Shown here: piece after piece, positions 27,936 through 38,026 of the stretch | How positions within the stretch are numbered: position 1 is the stretch's first letter | Layout: each line of letters starts with the position of its first letter | Source of the DNA: Acidobacteriota bacterium | GTDB taxonomy: Bacteria; Acidobacteriota; Vicinamibacteria; Fen-336; JAGNNV01 | Direction: 5' to 3' | DNA: 64,000 nucleotides | Assembly: GCA_032127745.1 (NCBI GenBank) | Contig: JAQBHL010000368.1 | Coordinates: 2,184 to 66,183 of the forward strand | Made by a program: the position numbers and the translations under genes | Notes under the pieces: generated by a model | What the model saw: only the letters and a program-made list of their open reading frames with translations | Told to the model about the DNA's origin: nothing | Databases searched by the model: none

Positions 27936-30410
27936 TTATTCCTCACGGAGCGCCACCATCGGATCGACCAGCGCGGCGCGCCTGGCGGGGAGGCCGCAGG
28001 CCAGGGCCGCGGTTAGAATCAGCACGAGGCCGGCGGCGAGATACGCGAGCGGATCGAGGCCCCTGACCCCGAAGAGCTGGTCCTCGATGACCCGCGACAA
28101 TGCGGTCGCCCCCACGATTCCGAGCGCGAGACCGGCAGCCACCAGTCCGCCCCCCGTCTTGAAGATCAACCAGACGGTGTCGAGCACCCGGGAACCGAGA
28201 GCGGCGCGAATCCCGAACTCGCGCCGCCTTTGCGCGACCTGGAACGACAGGAGGCCATAGAGGCCGATCGCCGACAGGAAAAGTCCGAGCGCGCCGAACA
28301 GGCTCACCATCACAAGTCCGAAGCGATCTTCGACCCGAGTGTCGTCCACCAGGCGGTCGAGGGTGTGGAAATCGTAGGACGCAATGGTGGCATCGATCCG
28401 GTCGAGCTCCGCTCGGATCTGCTTCTGCAGGCTTTCCGCCTTCACCTTGGAGTGGACCACGAAGGTGACGTCGTTCGCCAGATAGTTTGGATTCTGGGCG
28501 TAGGGAAGAAACCACATCCCGGCCAGTTCTCCGTCGGTGGGATCGGCGATGCCGTGAATGTCGGCAGCCACACCCACCACGAGGTAGGGAGGCCGCGGAT
28601 CGTCGGCCCGTCCCCGCCGGATAATCTTGCCGATCGGATCCTGGCCCGGCCAGAAGCGTTTCGCGAAGGTCTCGCTGATCACTGCCACCTTCTGCCCATC
28701 CGGACGGTCCGTCGCATCGATCGCCCGCCCTCTCAGAATGGGAATGCCCGAGTCCTTGAAATAGCCGGGAACCACCATTCGATGCGTGGTCACGAAATAG
28801 CCGCGGGCCTCGGGCGGGTGGCTGCCCTCGGGCGTGATTCCGGCCAGGTTGCGGCCGAGCTGGATCACATCGAGAGTGGTGGCGGTGGCGCTCTCGACTC
28901 CGGGCAGGGCGCGCAGCCGCTCGAGCGATTGATCGACGTAGGCGGTGCGCTCGGGGTGACCTCGGCGAAGGCGATCGGAGAAGGTCACGGTGAAGGCGAG
29001 GCGGTCCTCCGTCTCGAAACCCCATTTGAGGGCGACGAGATTCGAGAAGCTCCTGATCATCAGACCGGTACCCACCATCAGGACGACCGCAACCGCGATC
29101 TCGCCGACTACCAGGGCGCCCAGGGTGCGCTGGGTTCCCCGGTCGACGGTGGCGCCGCGGCCCGCGCCCTTGATGGCCAGCTGCAGATCATTCCTGGTTC
29201 CGCGGAGAGCGGGAATCAGGCCAAAGCCGAGGCCCACCAGCAGGGTCAGTCCCGTGGTCACGAGCAGGACCTGGCCGTCGAGGCGAACGGTGGTGTTGAA
29301 TTCGCGCATGGCGTTGCCGGTGGCATCGCTGGCCATGGGACTGAGCGCGTAGAGAGGGCCGGTGAGAGTGGCGGCGAGGATGACTCCCAGCGCGCTGCCG
29401 ACGACGGCGAGCATGAGGCTGTGGGCGAGGAAGCCCTGAAGCAGGGAAGCGCGCGACGCGCCCAGGGCGGCGCGAACGCTGGTCTCGGTGGCCCGGCTCA
29501 CCTGGCGCGCCAGCAGAAGGCTCGCGATGTTGGCGCCGGCGATCAGGAGCACGAACGCCGCCGCGGCCATGATCGCGAACATCCTGGGTCGCGAGTCGCG
29601 TACAAAGCTGTCTTGAAGGGGCGCGATCTGGGCCTGTCGCGCGTTGTTGGGGTCGGGAAACTCCCGCTGGATGTTTTCGCACAGGTCGCGCATCGCCTCG
29701 CTCGCCTGGGCGATGTTTACCCCGGGCTTCAGCCGGGCGGGCGCGTAGATATAGCGGCTTGCCGACTGCGACGGGTCGATGGTGAGAGCGATAGGCGCCC
29801 AGATCTGTGCGCGGTAGGGATGGCGGAAAGACGGCGGCATGACGCCCACGATGGTCCGCTTCGCGCCGTCGAGGGTGATGACCCGGCCGATCACATCGGG
29901 AGCGCCTCCCAAGGCTCGCTGCCAGAATCCATGGCCCACCAGAACCACGCCCGGGGCGCCCGGACCGTCCTCTTCGGCCAGAAAGTTCCGCCCGAGCATG
30001 GGCTTCACGCCGAGGACGGAGAAGAAGTTGTGGGAAACCACCGCGGCCGGGACGTACTCGGCCTCGCCTTCTCCGGTGAGGGTGTAGGTGGCCCCGGTGG
30101 CCGCGCCAATGTCGGTGAAGACCGTGTTCGATTCGCGCCAGCGCCGCCAGGTGACCGGTGACAGATTGAGCTGGGTCTCCTCCGCGCCGCTCGCGAAGTT
30201 CTCCCGCAGCCGCACCAGGCGATCGGGCTCGGTCATGGGAATCGGCCGCAGCATCACCGCGCGCGCCACCGAGAAGATGGCGGCATTGGCGCCGATCCCC
30301 AGGGCGATGATCAGGATGATCAGAAAGCTGAACCCCGGCGCCCGATGGAGCTGCCGGAAGGCCTGCTGAAGCGCGTAGAGCACACGACGAGCGTTCGCCA
30401 TGGCCGTCAT
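27936..30410 (-). CDS. ABC transporter permease, duplicated FtsX/MacB-like (ADOP family)
   Basis: 824 aa, same architecture as 25464-27887. Confidence 0.85.
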   Translation of the reverse strand: MTAMANARRVLYALQQAFRQLHRAPGFSFLIILIIALGIGANAAIFSVARAVMLRPIPMTEPDRLVRLRENFASGAEETQLNLSPVTWRRWRESNTVFTDIGAATGATYTLTGEGEAEYVPAAVVSHNFFSVLGVKPMLGRNFLAEEDGPGAPGVVLVGHGFWQRALGGAPDVIGRVITLDGAKRTIVGVMPPSFRHPYRAQIWAPIALTIDPSQSASRYIYAPARLKPGVNIAQASEAMRDLCENIQREFPDPNNARQAQIAPLQDSFVRDSRPRMFAIMAAAAFVLLIAGANIASLLLARQVSRATETSVRAALGASRASLLQGFLAHSLMLAVVGSALGVILAATLTGPLYALSPMASDATGNAMREFNTTVRLDGQVLLVTTGLTLLVGLGFGLIPALRGTRNDLQLAIKGAGRGATVDRGTQRTLGALVVGEIAVAVVLMVGTGLMIRSFSNLVALKWGFETEDRLAFTVTFSDRLRRGHPERTAYVDQSLERLRALPGVESATATTLDVIQLGRNLAGITPEGSHPPEARGYFVTTHRMVVPGYFKDSGIPILRGRAIDATDRPDGQKVAVISETFAKRFWPGQDPIGKIIRRGRADDPRPPYLVVGVAADIHGIADPTDGELAGMWFLPYAQNPNYLANDVTFVVHSKVKAESLQKQIRAELDRIDATIASYDFHTLDRLVDDTRVEDRFGLVMVSLFGALGLFLSAIGLYGLLSFQVAQRRREFGIRAALGSRVLDTVWLIFKTGGGLVAAGLALGIVGATALSRVIEDQLFGVRGLDPLAYLAAGLVLILTAALACGLPARRAALVDPMVALREE

Positions 30411-30642
30411 CTACCAAGAGGCGTGCCAACGGCCAATCGGCTGATTCAGACGGTTTGGGCAGCGGGACCGTTCGTGTTTGGGAACAAGTTTCCCGCAATT
30501 GGACGTGGGGGGTGACCGCGCGATCCTGGGAAGACCGATGTGCCACCTCTTCGAAGTCGCTCTGTAACGCGGTCAAGGAGGAACGTCCCTGGAGGTAGGT
30601 GATGCCCGCGCCCGGATAGCCCGGAACCGCAGCCACATTGCG

Positions 30643-30672
30643 TTGACGCTTTTCGAGGGGGGAAACTACGAT
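30643..30672 (+). promoter_or_regulatory. Candidate sigma-70-type promoter (TTGACG - 18 nt - TACGAT)
   Basis: Motif read in the intergenic region upstream of the NTP_transf_5 paralog. By-eye match only. Confidence 0.2.
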
Positions 30673-30913
30673 AAGGGGGTTGGATCTGCGAAGGAAAACC
30701 GACGGGGGCTCTGCCGGTTCGACCCCGAGGCCTGCTCCACCCTGGTCCACGGCCCCCCGAAGATGTCGGGTCCGGCTCAACCTCAACGGGGCAAGAACCG
30801 CCATGTTTCGCGCATTGATGGACATCAATCAGCTTTTCCTGCGCGGGCCCTCGGGAGCGTCTCGTCCCGAATCCGCCCTGGCGTCTCCGGGTCGTCCAAT
30901 CGGCCCGTCTTTG

Positions 30914-32275
30914 TGGATGGTCAGCAGATCTCGCGTGAGGCCCTCCTGAGTCGCGGAAGCGGGCCCGCCCGGTCCCATGACCTTCTCTTGCGGGCCGTGC
31001 TTCTGGACGATGCCGCTGCGGCCCGGGCGGCGTGGGCCGCGTGGGCGGATCTGGCCCCCGAGCCCGTCCTCGACGACGCGTCATCGCGCCTGCTCCCGCT
31101 GCTTTATCGGCGGCTCGCCGGACCCCCACCCCATGCTCGAAGGCACCGCTTCCAGAATCTCGGTTGCCCTGTCTTCCCGCGCCGCGGCCGCCTTCCAGCG
31201 GACGCGTTATAGAAACGCCTTGCTCTTTGCCGAGGCGGCCACGGCGATGCGGGCGTTGAGCGATGCGGGGGTCGACACCTGCCTGCTCAAGGGCGCCGCG
31301 CTCGCGGTGACGGTCTACGACGAGCCCGCGCTCCGGCCCATGAGTGACGTCGATATCCTGGTTCCGCCGACGGAACTGAACCTGGCGGTGGCCGCCCTGC
31401 AGGGAGCGGGCTTTCAGACCTCGTCGCCCTTCGGTCCGGCAGAGCGTGCCGAAGCCCACGCCGCGGGGTTCACCAACCTGACCTACGGGTCCATCGACCT
31501 CCACTGGAGGAGCCTCGATGTCGCCGCCTCCGCCGCCGGCGACCTTGGCCTTTGGGCCGCGTCACGGCCCGCGGTGTTGGGCGGCGCCGCCACGCGGGTT
31601 CCGGCCTTCACCGACCTGCTGCTCCACGCGTGCGTTTCCGGCCAGCGCTGGGGCGCCGACCAGGCATGCCGGTGGGTCGCCGATGCGCTCGCGATCCTGA
31701 CCCACCCCGGGGAGGCCGTGGACTGGGAGAGATTCGAACGCGAGGCGGTGGACAAGCGGGAGGCCGGGCCGGTCGCCGAGGCCCTCCACTATCTGCGCAC
31801 GCTTGGAGCGCCGGTGTCCGCGGACGTCCCGGCACGCCTGGCTCGCGGGCGTCCGGGCCTTGCCGGGAGGTTGCTGGTCCAGGCACGCGGGCAGGACCCC
31901 GAGCAGCGGGGTCCGCTTCTCGCGGGCGCCTTGCACTACGAGTCCTATCGGCGCCTCCTCGAGGGCGGGATTGTTCCCATCGGACTGCTGGGGTTTGTAC
32001 GCTCGGCCGCGCGCACCTGGGGTCTGCGCTCCGCCTGGCAGGTGCCGATGCACACGCTGGTTCGAGGTGCGAGACGTCTGGCGCAGCTTCTGGCCCAGCG
32101 GGCGAAGCCAGGCCGGCTCCGCCTCCGCGGAGCCCCCGGATCGCCGCCACCGGTCGCGCAGGGGGCCGGGCAAAGGGGCGGCGGTCCGCGGTTACCCGAT
32201 GCGGGTGGGGGCGGGTCGCGCGGCTCTCGCTCCCCGCATCCTATTCGCCGACCAGGGAATCAACCAGGCGGTTGA
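30914..32275 (+). pseudogene. Nucleotidyltransferase family (NTP_transf_5-like) paralog, frameshifted
   Basis: The N-terminal homology (HDLLLRAVLLDDAAAARAAWAAWADL...SSRLLPLLYRRLAG) is in frame 1. The remainder (ALLFAEAATAMRALSDAGVDTCLLKGAALAV...MSDVDILVPP...IDLHWRS) is in frame 2. The switch is at the C5AC4 run near 31121-31132. Confidence 0.5.
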
Positions 32276-33353
32276 ACCGACTTCTATCGGGCGGGCTGAT
32301 GCTGGCGATTTCGGTCCCATAGACGAAGGAGTTGACGTCGGGAGTTTTGTTGAGGATCCTGCACAATAGGATCACGGGTTCGTCGTGCCCCTCGACTTCG
32401 AGTTTCACCTTGACGATCGCCTCCGGGGACAGATCGTCCTCACAGATGAAACGGATCCCCCCCTTGCTGACGTTCAGGGTTCGAATGCTCGAGGTCGAGG
32501 CGGCAAAGTTGGCGAGTTCGCCCCGGATGGAAGCGGTCAGGCGTTTGAATCGCCTCTGGTTTTCGGAGAATAGGCAGACGATGTTCTTGCCCGAGCCCTT
32601 GGCGTTGTACAAGGCCTTGTCGGCATTCGAGATGAGAAGCTGGGTGCTATCGCAGTCATGCGGGTAGGTGGCGACGCCCAGAGAGGCAGTCACCGACATC
32701 AGGTGCCTTGGGGTGCTGTTCTCGTTCACGAACTCGTGCACGGAGATCTTCTCGCACAGCCGGTTGGCCACGTCATAGGCCTCCTGCTTGGCCTGCCTGG
32801 GGAGGATCACGGCGAATTCTTCGCCGCCGTAGCGGAATGCGGGACCATAGGCCAAGGTCTCGGCCTGGATGAGCTTGGCGATCTGCCGGAGAATGCCGTC
32901 ACCGGTCAGGTGCCCATAGTCGTCGTTGACGTGTTTGAAATTGTCGATATCGAGGATCACCAGCGACAACTCTTCGCCCCGATGCACGGCCCCTTCCATC
33001 TCCGCCTGGATGCATTGCTTGAAGTAGCGAAAGTTGAACATGGACGTCAAGTCATCCAGGATCACCTTCTCTTGAGTTCTCTGGAGAACCTTCATCTCGA
33101 TGATCTTTGGGTTCTCCAGCAGTTTGTTCTCATTGATGAAGTAGCTCAGGGTGGTGACTCGGGTGTCGATCGGGTAGCCCAGATCCTTTTCGAACTTGAG
33201 GTGGTACTTCTTGAACTCATCCCAATGCCTGATGGCGTCGGCTTCCTCAAACTCCAGGTGAGTGAGCAGGTAGAAGTAGTTCCGGAATACCTCCACGCCC
33301 TGGTTCGCGGCGCTCAGAGACCGGAGGGATGCCTCCACTTGAGCGAGTCTCAT
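32241..33353 (-). CDS. GGDEF diguanylate cyclase fused to a C-terminal PilZ domain
   Basis: RYGGEEFAVIL GGDEF motif. The C-terminus has PilZ signatures (RRFKR = RxxxR, NVSKGG = D/NxSxGG). Start taken at the internal ATG (MRLAQVE...) because the upstream ~130 codons of the ORF are Arg/Gly-rich and unlikely to be coding. A TTG ~70 nt upstream is an alternative. Confidence 0.8.
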   Translation of the reverse strand: MRLAQVEASLRSLSAANQGVEVFRNYFYLLTHLEFEEADAIRHWDEFKKYHLKFEKDLGYPIDTRVTTLSYFINENKLLENPKIIEMKVLQRTQEKVILDDLTSMFNFRYFKQCIQAEMEGAVHRGEELSLVILDIDNFKHVNDDYGHLTGDGILRQIAKLIQAETLAYGPAFRYGGEEFAVILPRQAKQEAYDVANRLCEKISVHEFVNENSTPRHLMSVTASLGVATYPHDCDSTQLLISNADKALYNAKGSGKNIVCLFSENQRRFKRLTASIRGELANFAASTSSIRTLNVSKGGIRFICEDDLSPEAIVKVKLEVEGHDEPVILLCRILNKTPDVNSFVYGTEIASISPPDRSRFNRLVDSLVGE

Positions 33354-33842
33354 GTGGGGGGTTTCAAAGATCTGGCTCAACTCTGTTGGCGCAGAATCAT
33401 CGTCCTGATGCTCGTCGGTCAATGGCGGACCCCTTTCAGTTTGCTTCCCGCCGCCGAGAAGAGCGGTCCGGTTCGTAGATCGTACCGCGATCGCGCCGCT
33501 CGGGGGTGCTCGGTCGCCGGTTCTCCCCCGGGATCGGCCCAATGCGGTCGAGCGCCTCCCGGCCCTCCCCTGGCCGCGAAGAGTTCGGATCCGGGCCGGC
33601 CCTCTCTCTCCGGTGCGCGGCCGGCGTCCCCCCTTCTTGCCTGCGACACGGTGACGGAACTCATGGAGGGCTCGACCCGCATGTTTCCAGGCTCGTGTCC
33701 CGGGGAGACTGAGCCTACCGCGACCGCCTCCGGCCCGCCGCAAGTTGCCCCCCCAAGGCTCCGATCACCGCCAACCCGAGCCACGTTCCTCCGGTCATCC
33801 CGGCCGATGAAGACCAGGCGTGCCCGTCCAACCGCCCGTCGA

Positions 33843-34484
33843 TCAATCTTCGCGGAAATCCCGGTCCGCATGTGGATGAGGGGGCATCCACTCCTCAAGA
33901 TCCACGCCGACCGCGTCGGCGATGCGATTGATGTAATTGAAGTAGCTCACGACGTGCACCGCGTCGGAGATCGCGCGGTCGTTGAAGCCGGCAGCGCGGA
34001 GCGCGTCCACATGCCCGCGGGTCATGGCACCTGGCGTTTCGGTGAGGGTTACGGCAAAGTCGAGCAGCACGCGATCGGCCGCTCGGAGGGGCGCCCGGGT
34101 CCAATCGGTCTTGATCGCTTCAACCAGTGATTCGTCGTCGACCTCGGCACGGAGGTCGTGGGCATGCGCCTCCACTCAATAGTGGCAGTGGTTGGTCTTT
34201 GACACCACCACCGCAAGCATCTCGCGCTGGGCGCGCGTGAGCGGCGACGCGCCGTGCATGAGTGTGCCGTAGAGCGCGGTCGACTGCTTCATCGCCGGCC
34301 CATTGAGGCTCTTGGCCTTGATGATCTGCCACACGCGTCCGGCGCGGGCGATGGCCGCGTCATACTCGGCGCGCACGACACCGGTGGCTTCCGCTACCGG
34401 TACGGTCTTGATCCATGCCACGGTCGTTCCTCCCTTGAATGTTCGGCGGTCCGGCTCCGGCTTCGTCAGCATCATACGGCTCAA
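33843..34484 (-). CDS. AhpD-like / carboxymuconolactone-decarboxylase-family peroxidase-related protein with in-frame TGA (candidate selenocysteine, CxxU motif)
   Basis: Two abutting same-frame ORFs (34176-34484 and 33843-34175) are separated only by TGA at 34176-34178 (minus strand). Reading through gives ...SKTNHCHY-U-VEAHAHDL..., i.e. CxxUxxxH in place of the AhpD CxxCxxxH active site. Confidence 0.6.
34151..34175 (-). other. Putative bacterial SECIS-like hairpin immediately 3' of the in-frame UGA
   Basis: The mRNA after the UGA reads GUGGAGGCGCAUGCCCACGACCUCC. GGAGG can pair with CCUCC (or GUGG with CCAC), giving a hairpin that starts 1-4 nt after the UGA. Confidence 0.3.
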
Positions 34485-34632
34485 GCTTGCGGTCTCCAGG
34501 GTCGGCTGAACTGACCACGGAGGGTACGGTGATCGGACGGCAAAGTCGCATCGGCGAGGCCTGGGCCGCGATCCTCAATGGCCATTGAACACGGTGAGAT
34601 AGGATCGGCGGCCTCTTCCGAGGAACGACTGA

Positions 34633-35133
34633 ATGAACTCAACAAGATCAAAGCTGACTGACGCTGTCAAACCGATGTCTATGATCCTGGCGGCATCCAT
34701 CGCAGTGCTGGGCTTGTCCCTCACCCTGCTTCAAGCCGCCCAGGATCATCCGGGGGCCACGGAGGAGGATGCAACGAAGTGGCCCGGATACAAGGGGGAA
34801 ATCGAGTACAAGCCCGCGGACCTGGTGATCACGTATTGGAAGGACACCGACGGAGTCGATCCAGCGAAGGCGGGATGTCATGTCGGTTATGACCAAGCGG
34901 GTAAACAGAACGGCAGGTTTTTCGCCGAAGCCTGCTTGCCGAATGGTCTCCTGGTCGAGTCCAATCCGGCGGCCGGCGTTCTCCACGGACATAAGGGTGA
35001 TATCGGTCATCCCTACACTTTCGACTGCAATGCCTGGTGTGTAGGTGTCAAGATGACCAGAGGAGGGAGTTGCAAGGCCGGGGTGCCAGCTCCCGATCCC
35101 TGCAAGACCTCAGCTATTTGTGAATGCAGGTGA
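34633..35133 (+). CDS. Secreted cysteine-rich small protein, unknown function
   Basis: 166 aa. Signal peptide/TM (MSMILAASIAVLGLSLTLLQAA) and 8 Cys in the mature part. Local GC is visibly lower (~55%) than the flanks. Confidence 0.55.
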   Translation: MNSTRSKLTDAVKPMSMILAASIAVLGLSLTLLQAAQDHPGATEEDATKWPGYKGEIEYKPADLVITYWKDTDGVDPAKAGCHVGYDQAGKQNGRFFAEACLPNGLLVESNPAAGVLHGHKGDIGHPYTFDCNAWCVGVKMTRGGSCKAGVPAPDPCKTSAICECR

Positions 35134-35162
35134 GGGGCGGCCTGCCTTTCGAGATTCAGCGA

Positions 35163-37604
35163 TCAGGGCTCGGCGAGGGTGCGGGCCGGATCGACCTGTG
35201 AGGCCCGCCATGCGGGTAAGGCACTCGCCAGGAGCGCCACCGTGACCAGCACCGATGCGGCGGCGCAAAGAATCCACGGGTCCCGGCCGGATACTCCAAT
35301 GATCATCGCTTCGAGGGCTCGCCCTTGAGCGGCCACTCCCAGACCCCCCACGATCAGGCCTGCTCCAATGGCTCGCAGACCTTGGCCCACCACCAGCCCG
35401 ATCACGTCTGTGGGCCGAGCGCCGATGGCCATGCGCACACCGAACTCCCGCGTCCTCTGGCTCACCCCGTAGGCGATAACGCCATAGATCCCGATCGCCG
35501 AGAGGGCGAGTCCCACCAAGCCGAGGGCCACCATGAGAAGGCGGTTGAAACGAGTGACCGCCGTCGAAGCCCGCACCCGCGAGGCCATGGTGGCCACATC
35601 GTAGAGGGGAAGGGAAGGACTCTCGGCCCGCAACGCGTCGCGAAACTGCGGGGTCAGGGACTCGGGATTTCCATTCGCGGCGCGCGCCACGAGCGTGATC
35701 GAACCCCCGTTCGCCTCAAATGCCCGCGCGGGGGCCTGGTCCATCGGCAAGTAGAACTCATTCAGGCCGGGTGACGTCAGGCCCCGAGCCCTCGTGTCGG
35801 CGACCACGCCGATGACCTCCTTCCACGAGGGGTCCGAATCACTTCCCTCGCAGCACGCGACTCGCTTGCCGAGCGGGCTCTCTCCCGGCCACGCAACTCG
35901 CGCCAGAGTCTCGCTCACGATCATCACCCGCGCGCCACTCCGTCGGTCGTCCGCGGTGAAGGTCCGGCCGATTCGCAACCGCACTCGCATGGTCTCGAGA
36001 AACCCTGGAGTCACGAGCTGCATCCGCCCGCCCAGGCGATTCTGGGGGTTCGGATCTGCCCCCTCGACGCGAAGCCCGTAACCGACATAGCCGATCATCG
36101 GAGGCCGCGTGGAGGCCGCGGCTTCGACGACACCCGGGCTGCCGGAGAGGGTTGAGACAATCCGGGAGATCGCCGCGGCGGGCTTCTCTTCCCCCGGGTA
36201 GACCTTCGCGGGCAGGGCGACACGCGCGGAAAGAAGATTGTCGGGGTCGAACCCCGGCGAGACCCGGCTCAGGTTGTCGTCGCTGCGGATGAGCAGGCCC
36301 GCGCCCATGAGAAGCATCAAGGTCAGCGCCACCTCGGCGGCCACAAAGGCCTGCCGGACGCGATCGCGCGCCCCCCCGGTCGAGCCGCGGGAAGCCTGGG
36401 CGGCTCCAGACGAAAGCCCGGCGCGAGATTCACGGAGGGCGGGCACGAGGCCGGCTAAGAGAGTGGCGAGTAGTGCTACCAGCGACGCCGCCATCAGCAC
36501 GGGCGTATTGATCTGGGCCTCCGCGAGGCGCGGAACGTCCGCCGGCCCTTGCGCCACGAAGATCGGAACCGCGATGGCGGCCAGGATCAACCCCGCTCCG
36601 GCGCCGAGGGCGCACAGCACCAGAGCTTCCGTCATCAACTGGCGGGCGATCCGCAGCCGGCTGGCTCCGAGGGCGGCCCGGACCGAGATCTCGCGCGAGC
36701 GAAGGGCGCCTCTCGCCATCAGCAGGCTCGCCACATTGACGCAGGAGATGAGGAAGACGAGAGAGACGGCGCCGAGCAGGATGTAGAGCCGTTGTTTGTA
36801 GTCGCCTACGACGCGGTCGAGCAGCCGAACGCTCACGAACACCCGGCCCTCGTTCTCGCGAGGCGCCGCCTCGCCGGCTGCGCGATCGATCGCCTTGATG
36901 TCCTCTCCGAGCTGAGGGTCGCTCACGCCAGGCTTGATCAAGGCGGTGATTCCCAGATAGTGCGCGTCGAAGCTCCGCTCGGCGGTGAAGGCGATGGGCG
37001 TCCAGATGTCTGTTTCCTCTTCGGGAATCTGGAATTCGCGCGGCATCACTCCCACGACGACATGGGGAACGTCGCTCAACTGGATCGTCCGGCCCACCAG
37101 GGTTGGATCGGCGCCGAATCGCCGCTCGAAGAGGCGCTCACTGATGAGGGCCATCTTGGGCTGGCCGGGCGCGTCTTCGGCCTCGGTGAACACCCGGCCC
37201 AACTTCGCCGGAGTGCCCAGCACGTTGAAGTAGCTGGCGGTCACGCGCGCCCCGACGACGCGCTCCGGCTCGCCTTCGTCCGCGAGATTGAAAGTAGCTC
37301 CCATTCTGGCGGCCACGCTTTCCAGTGTTCGTGAAGTCTCCTTGATCACGAAATAATCGCCGATGGAGACGGCGCCTGGGTCCCCGTGCCAGGTGGTATA
37401 GATATCGACGAGGCGCTCCGAGTGCGGAAAAGGGAGCGGGGTGAGCACCACTGCGTTCAATACGGTGAACAAGGTGGTGGTGGCGCCTATTCCGAGGGCG
37501 AGGGTAAGGGCGGCGACCACGGCGAAGGACCGATGCCGTCTCAACTGGCGTAGAGCGAAACGAGCGTCCTGAGCGAAGTCCGCGAAGGGAATGGGTGGGG
37601 TCAT
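35163..37604 (-). CDS. ABC transporter permease, duplicated FtsX/MacB-like (ADOP family)
   Basis: 813 aa, same architecture as the other ADOP permeases (N-terminal [31 protein letters not shown]). Confidence 0.85.
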   Translation of the reverse strand: MTPPIPFADFAQDARFALRQLRRHRSFAVVAALTLALGIGATTTLFTVLNAVVLTPLPFPHSERLVDIYTTWHGDPGAVSIGDYFVIKETSRTLESVAARMGATFNLADEGEPERVVGARVTASYFNVLGTPAKLGRVFTEAEDAPGQPKMALISERLFERRFGADPTLVGRTIQLSDVPHVVVGVMPREFQIPEEETDIWTPIAFTAERSFDAHYLGITALIKPGVSDPQLGEDIKAIDRAAGEAAPRENEGRVFVSVRLLDRVVGDYKQRLYILLGAVSLVFLISCVNVASLLMARGALRSREISVRAALGASRLRIARQLMTEALVLCALGAGAGLILAAIAVPIFVAQGPADVPRLAEAQINTPVLMAASLVALLATLLAGLVPALRESRAGLSSGAAQASRGSTGGARDRVRQAFVAAEVALTLMLLMGAGLLIRSDDNLSRVSPGFDPDNLLSARVALPAKVYPGEEKPAAAISRIVSTLSGSPGVVEAAASTRPPMIGYVGYGLRVEGADPNPQNRLGGRMQLVTPGFLETMRVRLRIGRTFTADDRRSGARVMIVSETLARVAWPGESPLGKRVACCEGSDSDPSWKEVIGVVADTRARGLTSPGLNEFYLPMDQAPARAFEANGGSITLVARAANGNPESLTPQFRDALRAESPSLPLYDVATMASRVRASTAVTRFNRLLMVALGLVGLALSAIGIYGVIAYGVSQRTREFGVRMAIGARPTDVIGLVVGQGLRAIGAGLIVGGLGVAAQGRALEAMIIGVSGRDPWILCAAASVLVTVALLASALPAWRASQVDPARTLAEP

Positions 37605-37774
37605 CGTCTCTCCAGGAATATCGACGGGGTGAGCTTGAGCGGACGGCGGTCAGGGGTCAGACGCTGCGACATGGAGGAGAGTTAGCAAGGTTCGCCCCGA
37701 CCGGACCCGTCACCTTCGGAGCGGCCGCGGATGTCGAACGCTTCGGGGAGGGACAGCCACTCTGCTACCCCCTC

Positions 37775-38026
37775 TCACTCAACGGCGTAGCCGAGCGCTC
37801 GGGCGTTGTCTCGGACCCGAGCGTCCCGCGTCACGATCGTCACGAGCGCCGATGGTTCGTCCGATGCTTCTGCGGTCGCCAGATGCACGGCGTCGAGGGT
37901 GCGAACGGGCTCCGCCGGGAAGGGGCGGCCAACTCGCGCAAGAACCGCGTCCGTGACACCGACGAGGTCGCAACGATGCGCGAACACTTGGAGCCCACGT
38001 ATCGCGGCGCGCCCCGAAATATTCAT
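37775..38026 (-). pseudogene. VapC/PIN-domain toxin C-terminal fragment (remnant)
   Basis: ...LDAVHLATAEASDEPSALVTIVTRDARVRDNARALGYAVE resembles the C-terminal half of VapC. No N-terminal PIN half or vapB was found. Confidence 0.3.

Noticed and set aside
28230-30161. Very long ORFs antisense to the permease, kinase and carbamoyltransferase genes (e.g. 28230-30161, 52317-53699, 54741-56726, 62043-63614)
   Set aside because: Arg/Gly/Pro-rich translations typical of antisense frames in high-GC DNA. Each lies entirely within a well-supported gene on the other strand.
30680-30949. Frame-2 ORF MFRALMDINQLFLRGPSG... upstream of the NTP_transf_5 paralog, with faint similarity to the paralog N-terminus
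   Set aside because: The clear homology to the intact paralog (DLLLRAVLLDDAAAARAAWAAW...) is in frame 1 from ~30914. The frame-2 similarity is short and low-complexity, so it was treated as coincidental.
30446-31504. 352-aa minus-strand ORF overlapping the permease upstream region and the NTP_transf_5 paralog
   Set aside because: Low-complexity Arg/Gly/Pro composition and full overlap with a homology-supported plus-strand gene.
33354-33743. N-terminal 130-codon extension of the GGDEF-PilZ ORF from TTG 33743
   Set aside because: The translation is dominated by Arg/Gly repeats with no domain content. The internal ATG (or a TTG with a GAAAGGGG Shine-Dalgarno-like element) gives a start consistent with the GGDEF family, so the region was treated as 5' UTR.
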